Source: Patescibacteria group bacterium
GTDB taxonomy: Bacteria; Patescibacteriota; Saccharimonadia; UBA4664
Assembly: GCA_028288925.1 (NCBI GenBank)
Contig: JAQGHG010000019.1
Span: 8,047 to 72,046, forward strand
Reading direction: 5' to 3'
DNA: 64,000 bases
The position numbers and the translations under genes were made by a program. The notes beneath the pieces were generated by a model. The model saw only the letters and a program-made list of their open reading frames with translations, had not been told where the DNA came from and did not search any database. Below, one piece after another: positions 9,599 to 19,114 of this stretch; positions within the stretch are counted from its first letter, which is position 1; each line of letters opens with the position of its first letter.

Positions 9599-10039
9599 AT
9601 GAAACTCCTAGCCAAAAACCGGCGCGCCACCTTCGACTACGAGATTACCAAGCGGATCGTCGCCGGAATCTCACTCAACGGCGACGAAGTCAAAAGCATC
9701 AAGTCCGGCGCCGCCAGTCTCAAAGGCGCCTTCATCGCGCTGCACGAGGGCGAGGCCTACCTCACCAACGCGCACGTCACGCCATACCAACACGCCGCCC
9801 ACAAGGACATGCTCGAACCCACCCGCAACCGCAAGCTCCTCCTCCACCGCGATCAGCTCGACCGCTTGATAGCCGAAAAGCAATCCGGACTCAGCGTGGT
9901 CCCCACTGCCCTGCTCCAAGACCGCCGGCTCATAAAGCTCGAGATCGGCATCGGCCGCGGCAAAAAACGCTACGACAAACGCGAGACAATTAAGCGCCGC
10001 GACACCAGCCGCGAAGTGGCTCGGCAGTTAAAACGCTAA
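9599..10039 (+). CDS. smpB: SsrA-binding protein SmpB
   Basis: N-terminus KNRRATFDYEI… and a C-terminal basic tail, typical of SmpB. The partner tmRNA is present at 34970-35348. Confidence 0.95.
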   Translation: MKLLAKNRRATFDYEITKRIVAGISLNGDEVKSIKSGAASLKGAFIALHEGEAYLTNAHVTPYQHAAHKDMLEPTRNRKLLLHRDQLDRLIAEKQSGLSVVPTALLQDRRLIKLEIGIGRGKKRYDKRETIKRRDTSREVARQLKR

Positions 10040-10156
10040 TGCTTTCCAAAACTGGGTAAAACCCGCTTGACGAGTACCCGCTACAAGCGTTAATCTACTT
10101 ACAGGTACCTGCACAAAAAAAGTACTCAAAACAAAAAAGAACAAACTCCATCACCA

Positions 10157-10190
10157 GAAACGGCTCCACAAAGGGCCGTTTCTCCTTTTG
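10157..10190 (+). terminator. Rho-independent terminator downstream of smpB
   Basis: Stem GAAACGGC…GCCGTTTC followed by TCCTTTTGTGG. Confidence 0.55.
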
Positions 10191-10291
10191 TGGGGCTACC
10201 TTACATTAAGAACAGCCCGCCGGATGCCGGCAGGCCTTACTATCCGAATGTTAAAACTCCCGGGTTGCCAACTCGCCAGAAAATTGGTCTG

Positions 10292-11191
10292 CTATTGCGC
10301 CGCCGTCTCAGTATCCGTAATTTGCTGGGAATCCAAACTCTTCGACAAAGCGTTATATTCGTCCACCCCTTGGCGGTAAACAGTGATGCGCCGGTTGATA
10401 TCATCGACTAAGCGGTTCTGCTGTGGCACCAGCGCGTTGTAAGCCGGAATACGGCCCGCGGCCCGGTATCCATCGAGCTGTTGGTTCAGAGCCCCCAGCC
10501 GGCCTTTCTCGGCCCGGATTTGAGCCAGCTCACTCTCCAGCTCAGTCCGGCGGGCATTAAACACCCCCTGGTACTTGGCATGCGCCGCCACGATCAACGA
10601 GCGGTCAGCAAAATACTTGGCGTAGTGCGCCTCCAGCACCGGCGACAGACTGCTGTTCTCGGTGGCTAATATTGAATGAAGCTCATTCGTCTCTTCGCCC
10701 GGCTCGCTCTTGGCGTAGCCGGCCATGCGCTGCCGCAAATCTTCATCCTGCACCTTCGCGTACGCCTGCTGCAGCTCACGGCCCAGTTCGGCCCGCTCGC
10801 CACTGCTCATCCGCGCCCACACCGCGTGGAGCAGCTCGTGAGCCGACACCACATCCATCTCGGACGCCAGAGCGGCATTATCAATCCGCAAGATATAAAT
10901 CCGGCCACGATAGTAGCACCCCAGCTCAAGCTCGTGCGGCTGAGTATTGCAGTCATGGTTAAAGGTTGTCTTGTCATCAATCTGCGGCTGGGCCCGATAA
11001 AATGCGGCCCGGGCCGCATGAGTCAAACCTAGCCGCCCCTCGACCGCCGCGACGCTTGCCGCCGGCCGAAACGTCACCAGAGCATACTGGTCCAGGATCG
11101 CCTGATAATTCAACGCGCCCACCACCAGCAAGACTAGGCATAGCAGCTGCGCGGCGGTACGAACCCGATGAGGCGACGAGTGAGGATGCAT
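10292..11191 (-). CDS. Membrane-anchored HExxH (zincin-like) protein with a C-terminal coiled-coil
   Basis: N-terminal TM helix, an HELLH motif, and a long Gln/Arg/Ala-rich helical tail. Confidence 0.55.
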   Translation of the reverse strand: MHPHSSPHRVRTAAQLLCLVLLVVGALNYQAILDQYALVTFRPAASVAAVEGRLGLTHAARAAFYRAQPQIDDKTTFNHDCNTQPHELELGCYYRGRIYILRIDNAALASEMDVVSAHELLHAVWARMSSGERAELGRELQQAYAKVQDEDLRQRMAGYAKSEPGEETNELHSILATENSSLSPVLEAHYAKYFADRSLIVAAHAKYQGVFNARRTELESELAQIRAEKGRLGALNQQLDGYRAAGRIPAYNALVPQQNRLVDDINRRITVYRQGVDEYNALSKSLDSQQITDTETAAQ

Positions 11192-11324
11192 AGTAGCATC
11201 ACTGTACCTGCCCTACGAGCCGGTGCCAAGTACGCACGCCTACTGATCCCTCTCATGCTTGCATAAGCCCGATTTGAGCGTAAGATAACAATCGACTTTC
11301 TCGGGTGGAGAAACTACCACAATT

Positions 11325-12014
11325 ATGCTCATGAATCCGCGCTCCACAATGTCTTCCTACCTCGTAACTCCTCGCCTGCGCGGCCACGCCGGACGTTGGA
11401 ACGGGTTCCGTGCTCGCGCCCTGACGATCAGCCGGGTGCGCAATCACATCAGCCCGCGCGCGCTCGCCAGCCTAGCGATTTGGACCGTCATCGTCAGCGT
11501 GTGGCAATATACCACTACCCCTCGCCTCGCCAACCAAGCCGCTCTGGCCAATGGCCAACAGACACCCATCATCGCCGAACCGGCCCCTACCGCCGGCCCA
11601 ATCGCCAACGAACCCGCCGCCCTAGCGGCGGTCGCTCACGCCGAAAAGCTCCCCGACGGTCCCACCGGCCAGCTCCTGCCTCCTGGCACCATGGCGCCCG
11701 ACCGTACCTACGCCAACAACTACTCACGAGGCCAATGCACCTGGTACGTCGCGAGCCGCCGCCAAATCCCCGGCGGCTGGGGCAATGCCAAAGCCTGGTA
11801 TTACCACGCCACAGCCAGCGGCTGGGCCGTCGGTACGGTGCCCGCCGTTGCCGCCGTCGCCTGGACCCCCAGCGGCTACTACGGCCACGTCGCGCTGGTC
11901 GAACAAGTCTCCGCCGACGGCCGGCAGGTATACGTCTCCGAAATGAACTACCGCGGCGTCGGCGTCAAAAGCTTCCGCTGGGCCCCTACTTCTTCATTTA
12001 AGTATATCTACTGA
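11325..12014 (+). CDS. CHAP-domain peptidoglycan hydrolase (amidase/peptidase), membrane-anchored
   Basis: Catalytic Cys context GQCTWYVASRR and a downstream GHVALV His, with an N-terminal TM segment. Confidence 0.75.
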   Translation: MLMNPRSTMSSYLVTPRLRGHAGRWNGFRARALTISRVRNHISPRALASLAIWTVIVSVWQYTTTPRLANQAALANGQQTPIIAEPAPTAGPIANEPAALAAVAHAEKLPDGPTGQLLPPGTMAPDRTYANNYSRGQCTWYVASRRQIPGGWGNAKAWYYHATASGWAVGTVPAVAAVAWTPSGYYGHVALVEQVSADGRQVYVSEMNYRGVGVKSFRWAPTSSFKYIY

Positions 12015-12126
12015 TATACACCCATCGCCCACTATTCAGTAGAACTGAATACCCCTACCTATTTCGAACTCATAATCATGCCTTAATAAAGACAATGTTT
12101 GAAACACTATTCAGTTTCACTGTATA

Positions 12127-12315
12127 GTGACGCCCATGAATATCTCCACCCTCAACCAAACACTCACGCCCCAGGCCTTCTACGTGCTCAAACGCCTTAC
12201 TCGCCAAGGCCTCATTGAACGTCTCGACGCGCATAGCACCACCAACCCCAAAATAACCCACCTAGAGCGCGTCATCGCGCATACTCATTACAAACTAGGC
12301 CACAAGCTCTGGTAA
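12127..12315 (+). CDS. Small hypothetical protein (62 aa, possibly helix-turn-helix), 9 nt upstream of the GT39 gene
   Basis: GTG or ATG start. The YVLKRLTRQGLIERL segment looks like a winged-helix. Repeated operator-like motifs lie just upstream. Confidence 0.3.
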   Translation: MTPMNISTLNQTLTPQAFYVLKRLTRQGLIERLDAHSTTNPKITHLERVIAHTHYKLGHKLW

Positions 12316-12324
12316 ACTACCTTT

Positions 12325-13704
12325 ATGAACCCCAAACGCTGGCACCCGGAACTCATCGTGCTCATCCTAGCGGCCGCCCTCACCCGCGTCTGGAATCTCT
12401 TCAGCCCCAACGCCGTCGTCTTCGACGAGACGTATTTCAAGAGCTTTGCGGCCCATTACCTGAACGGTCATTATTACTTCGACATCCACCCGCCCCTCGG
12501 TAAGCTCATGCTGGCCGGGCTAGCCCACCTCCAAGGCCTCGCGCCCAGTGCCATGATCAGCGGTACCGCCGTCACGCTCCGCTGGCTACCCGCCGTCGCC
12601 GGCATACTACTCGTACCCCTCGTATGGGGCATCCTGCGCCGCCTCGGCGCCACCCGGGCGTTCGCCTTCCTTGGCGCCGCCCTCATCCTCTTAGACAACG
12701 CCCTCACCGTCGAATCCCGCTTTATTCTCATGGACTCCACCTTGCTCCTCTGCGGCTTGGGCGCCCTCTACCTCTATCTCCGTGCGCGCACCGCCGGCCC
12801 CAACCACCGCTGGCTCTGGCTGGGCCTGGCCGCCCTCAGCGCCGGCGCCGCCATTAGCATCAAGTGGACCGGCCTCACCGCCCTTGCGCTCATCGGCCTG
12901 CTCTGGCTCTGGGATCAGCCCTCCCGCGAAGCCGCCTCCTGGCCACGCCGCCTCGGCGAGCTCGCCGTCCTCGCGTTTATCCCTACGCTGGTCTACCTCA
13001 GCGTCTTTTGGGCGCACTTTCAGCTCCTGCCCCGTTCCGGCGACGGCGACGCCTTTATGACCCCTCAGTTCCAATCAACCCTCATCGGCAACGCCGGTTA
13101 CGACCCTCACACCCATCTCCCCTTCATTACCAAATTCATCCAGCTCAACCAAGAGATGTACCGCGCGAACCAAACCCTCACCGCCACCCATCCCTATGGC
13201 TCCCGTTGGTACACCTGGCCGCTCGAAGGACGGCCGATTTACTACTGGCAAGGCGACACCCGGGCCGGCGGCCGCCAAGGCAATATCTACTTGCTCGGCA
13301 ACCCGGCCGTCTGGTGGGGTGTCTGGATCGCGATCCTGGCCGGCCTCGTATACGCCTACCTCGGCCGCCGTCGCCTCCGCCCGGCTACCATGGCCGCCCT
13401 AGCCGTCGCCGCCACTGCCTACTTCCTTAACTTTTTACCCTTCGTCGCCGTCGCCCGGGTAATGTTCCTCTATCATTACTTCTTCTCCTTCATCTTCAGC
13501 CTCATCTTTGCCGTCATGCTCTGGAACGACCTTGCTACCACCAAGAAGGGCCGCCAGCTCATCCATCTCCGTCAGCGCCAAATCTATGGCGCCGTCATCG
13601 TACTCATAACCCTCGGTTTCATCTTCTTCGCCCCGCTCACATATGGTTCTCCACTCACGCCCAACGGCCTCCAAGCCCGCATGTGGCTCCACTCCTGGCG
13701 CTAA
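12325..13704 (+). CDS. GT39-family (PMT/ArnT-like) protein O-mannosyltransferase-type glycosyltransferase
   Basis: N-terminal loop motif VFDETYFKSFAAHYLNGHYYFDIHPPLGK (the DE motif), 10 or more TM helices, and a C-terminal PMT-like region. Confidence 0.85.
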   Translation: MNPKRWHPELIVLILAAALTRVWNLFSPNAVVFDETYFKSFAAHYLNGHYYFDIHPPLGKLMLAGLAHLQGLAPSAMISGTAVTLRWLPAVAGILLVPLVWGILRRLGATRAFAFLGAALILLDNALTVESRFILMDSTLLLCGLGALYLYLRARTAGPNHRWLWLGLAALSAGAAISIKWTGLTALALIGLLWLWDQPSREAASWPRRLGELAVLAFIPTLVYLSVFWAHFQLLPRSGDGDAFMTPQFQSTLIGNAGYDPHTHLPFITKFIQLNQEMYRANQTLTATHPYGSRWYTWPLEGRPIYYWQGDTRAGGRQGNIYLLGNPAVWWGVWIAILAGLVYAYLGRRRLRPATMAALAVAATAYFLNFLPFVAVARVMFLYHYFFSFIFSLIFAVMLWNDLATTKKGRQLIHLRQRQIYGAVIVLITLGFIFFAPLTYGSPLTPNGLQARMWLHSWR

Positions 13705-13747
13705 GAGCACATAGACACCATCGGCCCTGGGCATTACCATAAGAGAC

Positions 13748-15325
13748 ATGAATGACGCAGACCGCGACCAAATCGAAGCCGCCACCGAACAATACGCAAC
13801 CCAGCTCGGGATGCCCTACTTCGACACCCGCCCCCGCCTTGATATTCGCCCTCTGGTCGGCAAGCTCACGCTCCAAGGTATGCAGGCCTACGGCGTAGTT
13901 CCGCTGGGCCTCGACGCCAATCACCTCGTCCTCGGCACCAGCGAAGAAACCAACCGCGCCGAGCTCGAATCCCTCAAGCAGCGCCTGGCCGGCTACGATG
14001 TTGAATACGACTTTGTCTCCCAGCTCGGCTGGAACCGCCTGCTCAACCGCTACTCCGTCGCCGACAACCTCGATGTCCTCGACACCGGCGACTTTAGCGG
14101 CTTCACCGAACGCATCATGAACATCGAGCCCAAGTTCATGTTTGAGCCCGTCGCGCAGCTAGCCTACCAACTCGGCGCCTCCGACATCCACGTCGAGCCG
14201 GGCGAACACGAAGCCCGCATCCGCTTCCGCATCGACGGCACCCTCCACCCCATCACCATCATCCCCAAGGATCGCTATGATCTCTTCGCCTCCGACCTGC
14301 AAATGCGCGCCGGGGTCAAATGGGGCGGCGACGAACCCCAAGGCGGCCGTATCAGCATGATCGTCGTCAACGACGACGGCGACGAGACCCAGCTCAACAT
14401 GCGGCTAGAGACCATCCCCTCTCTCCATGGCGAAGATGTGGTCATCCGCCTCTTCAACCTCAGCGTACAGTACCTGACTCTCGAGAACCTCAAGCTCAGC
14501 AAGCGGCAACTGTCGACACTCCTCCGCAGCGTTGCCCACCCCCGCGGCATGGTCATGAGCGTAGGACCTACCGGCTCCGGCAAGACCTCCACGCTCTATT
14601 CCATCCTCAACCACCTCAACAATCCCGAGGTCAAGATTGTCACACTCGAAGACCCCATCGAATACGAGCTCAACGGCATCAGCCAGGTCCCCGTCCACAC
14701 CGACGACAAAGGGCTCTTCATCAACGAGCTCCGCGCCGTCCTCCGCGAAGACCCCAACATCATCATGATCGGGGAAATCCGCGACGCCGACACCGCCAAG
14801 ACGGCGCTGCAGGCCTCACTCACCGGTCACCTTGTGCTATCCACCTTTCACGCCACGAATGCCTCATCCGCTATCTCGCGTCTGATGGACATGATCGGCG
14901 AGAACCCCCTCCTCGCTAGCTCCATCAAGCTCATCATGGCCCAGCGCCTGGTGCGCGAGCTCTGCAAAGTCTGCAAGGAAGTTTACGAACCCAACCGGGA
15001 TGAACTGCTCCAGATCAAGACCGCTCTCCATGGCATGCCCGAGGACTCGCATCCTCCCATCGAAGGCGCCAAACTCGCCCGGGCCGTCGGCTGCCACGTC
15101 TGCCACCAGTTTGGCTACGACGGCCGCCTCAACATCATGGAACAGCTCGAAATCACCCCCAAAATGGGCGAGCTCATGGCCCACGGCACCGCCGCCACTA
15201 CTGCCACCGCCATCGAGCAAGCCGCCGTCAAAGACGGCATGGTCACCCTCATGCAGGACGGCGTCATCAAAGCCTTAGAGCAAAAGGTTACGCTCGAAGA
15301 AGTCTTCATCCAAGTCGGCGAATAG
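13748..15325 (+). CDS. GspE/PilB-family secretion ATPase (type IV pilus assembly or type II secretion ATPase)
   Basis: Walker A motif VGPTGSGKTS, Asp and His boxes, and a tetracysteine motif (CKVCK…CHVCHQ), all typical of PilB/GspE. Confidence 0.9.
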   Translation: MNDADRDQIEAATEQYATQLGMPYFDTRPRLDIRPLVGKLTLQGMQAYGVVPLGLDANHLVLGTSEETNRAELESLKQRLAGYDVEYDFVSQLGWNRLLNRYSVADNLDVLDTGDFSGFTERIMNIEPKFMFEPVAQLAYQLGASDIHVEPGEHEARIRFRIDGTLHPITIIPKDRYDLFASDLQMRAGVKWGGDEPQGGRISMIVVNDDGDETQLNMRLETIPSLHGEDVVIRLFNLSVQYLTLENLKLSKRQLSTLLRSVAHPRGMVMSVGPTGSGKTSTLYSILNHLNNPEVKIVTLEDPIEYELNGISQVPVHTDDKGLFINELRAVLREDPNIIMIGEIRDADTAKTALQASLTGHLVLSTFHATNASSAISRLMDMIGENPLLASSIKLIMAQRLVRELCKVCKEVYEPNRDELLQIKTALHGMPEDSHPPIEGAKLARAVGCHVCHQFGYDGRLNIMEQLEITPKMGELMAHGTAATTATAIEQAAVKDGMVTLMQDGVIKALEQKVTLEEVFIQVGE

Positions 15326-15327
15326 CC

Positions 15328-16098
15328 CTAGGACTCGTCAGCCACCCGGCGTGCCGCGGCAAATTCCGGATCAGCCGCCAGCGCTCTGTGCGCATCCGAA
15401 AAATAGTATTGCTCCAGGATCTTTCCCCATCCGGCCACATGCCGCGCCACCACAGCTTCGTCTTTGCTGTCGTAAGAATAGTTAGGCTGTGCGGAAGGAT
15501 AATGATCGCTATACGGTACATTTGTGGTATTAAGAAGCTTTGGCTCCTCGTCCGGCCCCGGTCTCCGCTCGTTCATTACCGCCACAACCGCTTCGTCAGG
15601 ATAGCCCTTAACCACGCCATACGGAGCATGAATGGGATCAGTGTCGCCACTAAAATAAGTCCCTGGCTTCGTAGCCTTAGCTACACGCCAAGCATCTTCC
15701 CACCAATCATCTACACCTCCCCAGCCGGTCCGGGCATCAAACCGCGCTACGCCAGGCACCTGAGTATTCTGAGTGGTGCGCTCGTACCCCGCCAGGCTCT
15801 CTACGTTCATCATCAGAACTGGACGGCCACCTTTACCCTCTATCATCTTGGCCTGAAAACGCACTCCTCGCGGCTCCGTAAATTCGCTCAAACGCTCAAT
15901 CGGCGCCACATCCTCCGCCGTTCCACCACGTATATACACTTCCGTTTGGCCCCGCGCGTCGGCTAGGGTCAAAACCACATTGGGATCAACCAAATACGCG
16001 CCCAGCCTAGGCTCAAGCCGGCTATACCAAGCCTGGATTCGTTCCGCCGCCCGCTCCGCCGAAGGCTCAGTGTCCATGTCGCTTCTTGCCAGCCCCAT
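15328..16098 (-). CDS. Hypothetical protein, co-transcribed with the upstream zinc-ribbon/metzincin-like gene
   Basis: ORF with consistent GC-rich third codon positions. It lies 4 nt downstream of the upstream gene. No domain recognised. Confidence 0.55.
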   Translation of the reverse strand: MGLARSDMDTEPSAERAAERIQAWYSRLEPRLGAYLVDPNVVLTLADARGQTEVYIRGGTAEDVAPIERLSEFTEPRGVRFQAKMIEGKGGRPVLMMNVESLAGYERTTQNTQVPGVARFDARTGWGGVDDWWEDAWRVAKATKPGTYFSGDTDPIHAPYGVVKGYPDEAVVAVMNERRPGPDEEPKLLNTTNVPYSDHYPSAQPNYSYDSKDEAVVARHVAGWGKILEQYYFSDAHRALAADPEFAAARRVADES

Positions 16099-16102
16099 TA
16101 TC

Positions 16103-17893
16103 CTAAAATCCCGCCAACACCTTAGTACCCTGCGTGTCCGCCGGTATCTCATACCAGTTTGGCGAGCAGCCACCCAGCACCACGGTCGGCGCCTGCAGTA
16201 TAGGCTTGGGCGCGGCCGTATCCAAACACGATGCGTGATCAAAGCCCAGCCAATGGCCCACTTCGTGATCGATCATCTCGCCGTGGTAGGCATCCGAGCC
16301 GCCCGTCCAGGCCGCCGGTGGTTTGAGCCACATATCGCGGTTCAAGCCAATTACATTGCCCACCTGGCAGGTAGTGTGACCCGCGCAGGCCGGATCAAGC
16401 GCCGTTATCACCGCCGGGCTCACCAGACGGATAGCCAAGTTACAGTCAGCCTCGGCTCGCACGAACTTCAGCTGGCCACCCAGCGTCCATGCGCCCCCCG
16501 CGCCCAGCACCGCCGCTACCCGCACCGACAACGCCTCCAGATCGGCCGGCGCCTCCGCCTGCGGACAATATCCATACTCAGCCGCTGCCGGATGGGCTAT
16601 AGCCGGCAAAGCCGGATTGCCCGTAATCTTCCGAGGCGCCGTATAAGCCAGGTCGCGCTTGGCCTGAACGGCCACTATCAGTGCCGCGGCCGTCGCCGTC
16701 CGGTCAAACGCGCCGGGTATCGTCGCCACATAGGCCACCACCCGTGAGCCATCCACGCTCACACCCTTGCCTGGGCCGGCGAACACTAGCCACTCACCGA
16801 TCTGCGCTGCTGTCGGTGCGTAAGTCTTAGTCAGTACCTTCACACTCAAGCTCAGCCCCAAGCGTGCCTGAGCCTCCTCCGCGTCCGGCTTATACGCTCC
16901 CGCCGCCAAAACTGGAGCAAGCTTATCCGGCCGCAATTCCACGCTGCTCTTCGCTCCCAGCCCCTCGCGAATCAATCTTTCAAGCTCGGACTCGCTCAAG
17001 CGGCTACCCGCCTTCTCGGTAATCACAAAAGCCTGGCCGTTTACGATCATGGGCAGCGCGTCGCTCGCCCGGTAGTTGACCAACGATGCCAGCCGCGTCG
17101 CCTCGCCATGCACAGCCGCGGCATTAGGCTCGTAGCGGATAGCCAACGGCCGGGACATCAGCATGCGCGCCACACCCGCTATCGGCAGCGGCGTATCCCG
17201 CCCCGCCGCCCGTACCCGACGCTCCACCTGTTCAATGTCGGCCGCCCCCAGCCGGCCGGCGTCGAGCACATAGCTCGCGCTGCCCAACGTCACCTTGAGC
17301 TTCGACCGCGGCGCCAATGCCACGAGTCGCTGATGCAAAGCTCCAAAAGGCACCCCGCTCAAATCCGTCTGCCCCACATGCACCCCGGGATACACCCGCT
17401 GGCCATAATACCCAAATAACGCCGCGTTCAACGCCGCGAACACCACAACCACCGCCGCCACAATCAACCATCTCGTAGGCAGCGCCAACAAACTCCACGA
17501 CCTCCTAGCCTTGGCCTTGGCGGCATATCTCGCCGCGGACTTAGAACGCGCCGTCTTAGGCGGCTCAGCCACATGCCGTGGCGCCATTACCGGAGCCGGC
17601 AGTACCACGATCCCCCCGGCCACCGCCGGATGCGCCGGCGCCAAAATCGACCGCATCGAAGCAAAAGCCGTAGCCTTCGCCACCGGCTTCGCGCCGCTCA
17701 CCGGCAGCCGGAAGCGCACCCGGTCGTGCGTCGCGTCGGTAATCGCCCGCTGCAGCAGCGGATCAGTCGTATCCTCCAGCGCCGGACCCTTGTCGGCATC
17801 GTCTGAGCCCAACGCCACCACATCACCACACTGCAGGCAAAACATCACGCCATCTACGGGCATCAGAGCGGCATTACAATGAGGGCATTTCAT
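16103..17893 (-). CDS. Zinc-ribbon / TM / extracytoplasmic metzincin-like zinc protease (HExxHxxGxxH)
   Basis: N-terminal CPHC…CLQC zinc ribbon, one TM helix (LIVAAVVVVFAALNAALF), and a C-terminal HEVGHWLGFDH motif with conserved Cys residues. Confidence 0.65.
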   Translation of the reverse strand: MKCPHCNAALMPVDGVMFCLQCGDVVALGSDDADKGPALEDTTDPLLQRAITDATHDRVRFRLPVSGAKPVAKATAFASMRSILAPAHPAVAGGIVVLPAPVMAPRHVAEPPKTARSKSAARYAAKAKARRSWSLLALPTRWLIVAAVVVVFAALNAALFGYYGQRVYPGVHVGQTDLSGVPFGALHQRLVALAPRSKLKVTLGSASYVLDAGRLGAADIEQVERRVRAAGRDTPLPIAGVARMLMSRPLAIRYEPNAAAVHGEATRLASLVNYRASDALPMIVNGQAFVITEKAGSRLSESELERLIREGLGAKSSVELRPDKLAPVLAAGAYKPDAEEAQARLGLSLSVKVLTKTYAPTAAQIGEWLVFAGPGKGVSVDGSRVVAYVATIPGAFDRTATAAALIVAVQAKRDLAYTAPRKITGNPALPAIAHPAAAEYGYCPQAEAPADLEALSVRVAAVLGAGGAWTLGGQLKFVRAEADCNLAIRLVSPAVITALDPACAGHTTCQVGNVIGLNRDMWLKPPAAWTGGSDAYHGEMIDHEVGHWLGFDHASCLDTAAPKPILQAPTVVLGGCSPNWYEIPADTQGTKVLAGF

Positions 17894-18285
17894 AAGTGTT
17901 TGTTTTTAGGGGAATTATTACTTAAATTTTACCACAAGAAGTATCAATCAGAGAACAAACAATGTATCCAGGACCTACGAGTGACTTTCGCGCCCCTTTC
18001 CCTTTTGCTTTTAGCTGCGAACCTCCCACCTCCCTTGCTCACGAACTCGACCTCGTTGCTTATCCATGCGTTGTGCTGTTAAGCGCTCGCTAAGGTAGGT
18101 GGGAGGTTCTGCGCTCTACCCCTCTTCTCGTGTGGCTTAGGGCCTACGGGTGGCAGGCGTACAATATATCTCCGAACAAGCGGACGCCGGTACAGATACC
18201 GACTACACCGAAGAGACGGGTAGCGTTCGGACGCGTGAGGAGATATGTTGCACGGCTGACAGGACCCGTACGATACAGGCCCACC

Positions 18286-19113
18286 CTACCGCCGCAACAG
18301 ATCCAACCACACCAGCCCACCCTGCAAACCCGCCATATCCCCAAGCTTGGCGTACTCCAAACGTGGTAAATCCGGCAACACTTTCGGCATCTTCTTGAGC
18401 TCAGCACCCACTAATTGCAAATCAATATCCCTCATCATGCTCCCGCCGAACACCACCATATCCGGCGTCCAGTGCAACAAGGTGTTGTAGAGCCCAAGCG
18501 CCAGATGCCGCGCCTCGGCCTGCCAGATTTTCTTGTCCTTGCGCAGATCCTGCGGCCGCTTACCTAAGCGTTGCTCCATAGCCGCGCCACCCGTCCAGTA
18601 TTCCAACGTCCGAAAACCACCGCTATCGTCACCGGCATCTCCCGGCGCCATCAGTTGCTGCCCCACTTCATACCGGGAAATCGTCTCATCAATCTCACCA
18701 TCTACAATCCGCACGGCGTTCACCCCGGTACTGACCGTAAAGTAAGCCATCACGCCCGCGGTGGTACCGGCGCCATAATGCGCCTCGCCCAATCCGCCCA
18801 TCGCCACATCGTTCAGGATATGGACCGGACAGCCTACGAGCTGCTCAAGACGCTGCCGCACCGGCAGTCCAATCCATTTCGGCAGGTTCGATGCCACCGT
18901 CAGCACACCGTTCTCGCCCTCAATCTGGCCCGGAAAACTCCCCGCCATCGCCCGGATCTTATGCTTACCCTTTACTTCCTCCACCGCGCTCAGAAACTTC
19001 GCGAACCCCCCGGCACTGCGATCAGTGTCCAGGCGCACAATCTGACCCACCTTACCCTTATCGGCCAAGGCCACCCGCGTGCGCGAAGCCCCCATATCAA
19101 ATACCAGCACCAT
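18286..19113 (-). CDS. ROK-family sugar kinase (glucokinase-like)
   Basis: N-terminal ATPase fold VLVFDMGASRTRVAL and ROK signature regions. Adjacent to the trehalase and GH13 genes. Confidence 0.85.
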   Translation of the reverse strand: MVLVFDMGASRTRVALADKGKVGQIVRLDTDRSAGGFAKFLSAVEEVKGKHKIRAMAGSFPGQIEGENGVLTVASNLPKWIGLPVRQRLEQLVGCPVHILNDVAMGGLGEAHYGAGTTAGVMAYFTVSTGVNAVRIVDGEIDETISRYEVGQQLMAPGDAGDDSGGFRTLEYWTGGAAMEQRLGKRPQDLRKDKKIWQAEARHLALGLYNTLLHWTPDMVVFGGSMMRDIDLQLVGAELKKMPKVLPDLPRLEYAKLGDMAGLQGGLVWLDLLRR

Positions 19114-19114
19114 C

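Noticed and set aside
17894-18285. Possibility that the long structured spacer is SRP (4.5S) RNA or 6S RNA
   Set aside because: The conserved SRP domain IV motif (GGAAGCAGCC…) and 6S-like central-bubble architecture are not evident on either strand. It is kept only as an unclassified structured region.
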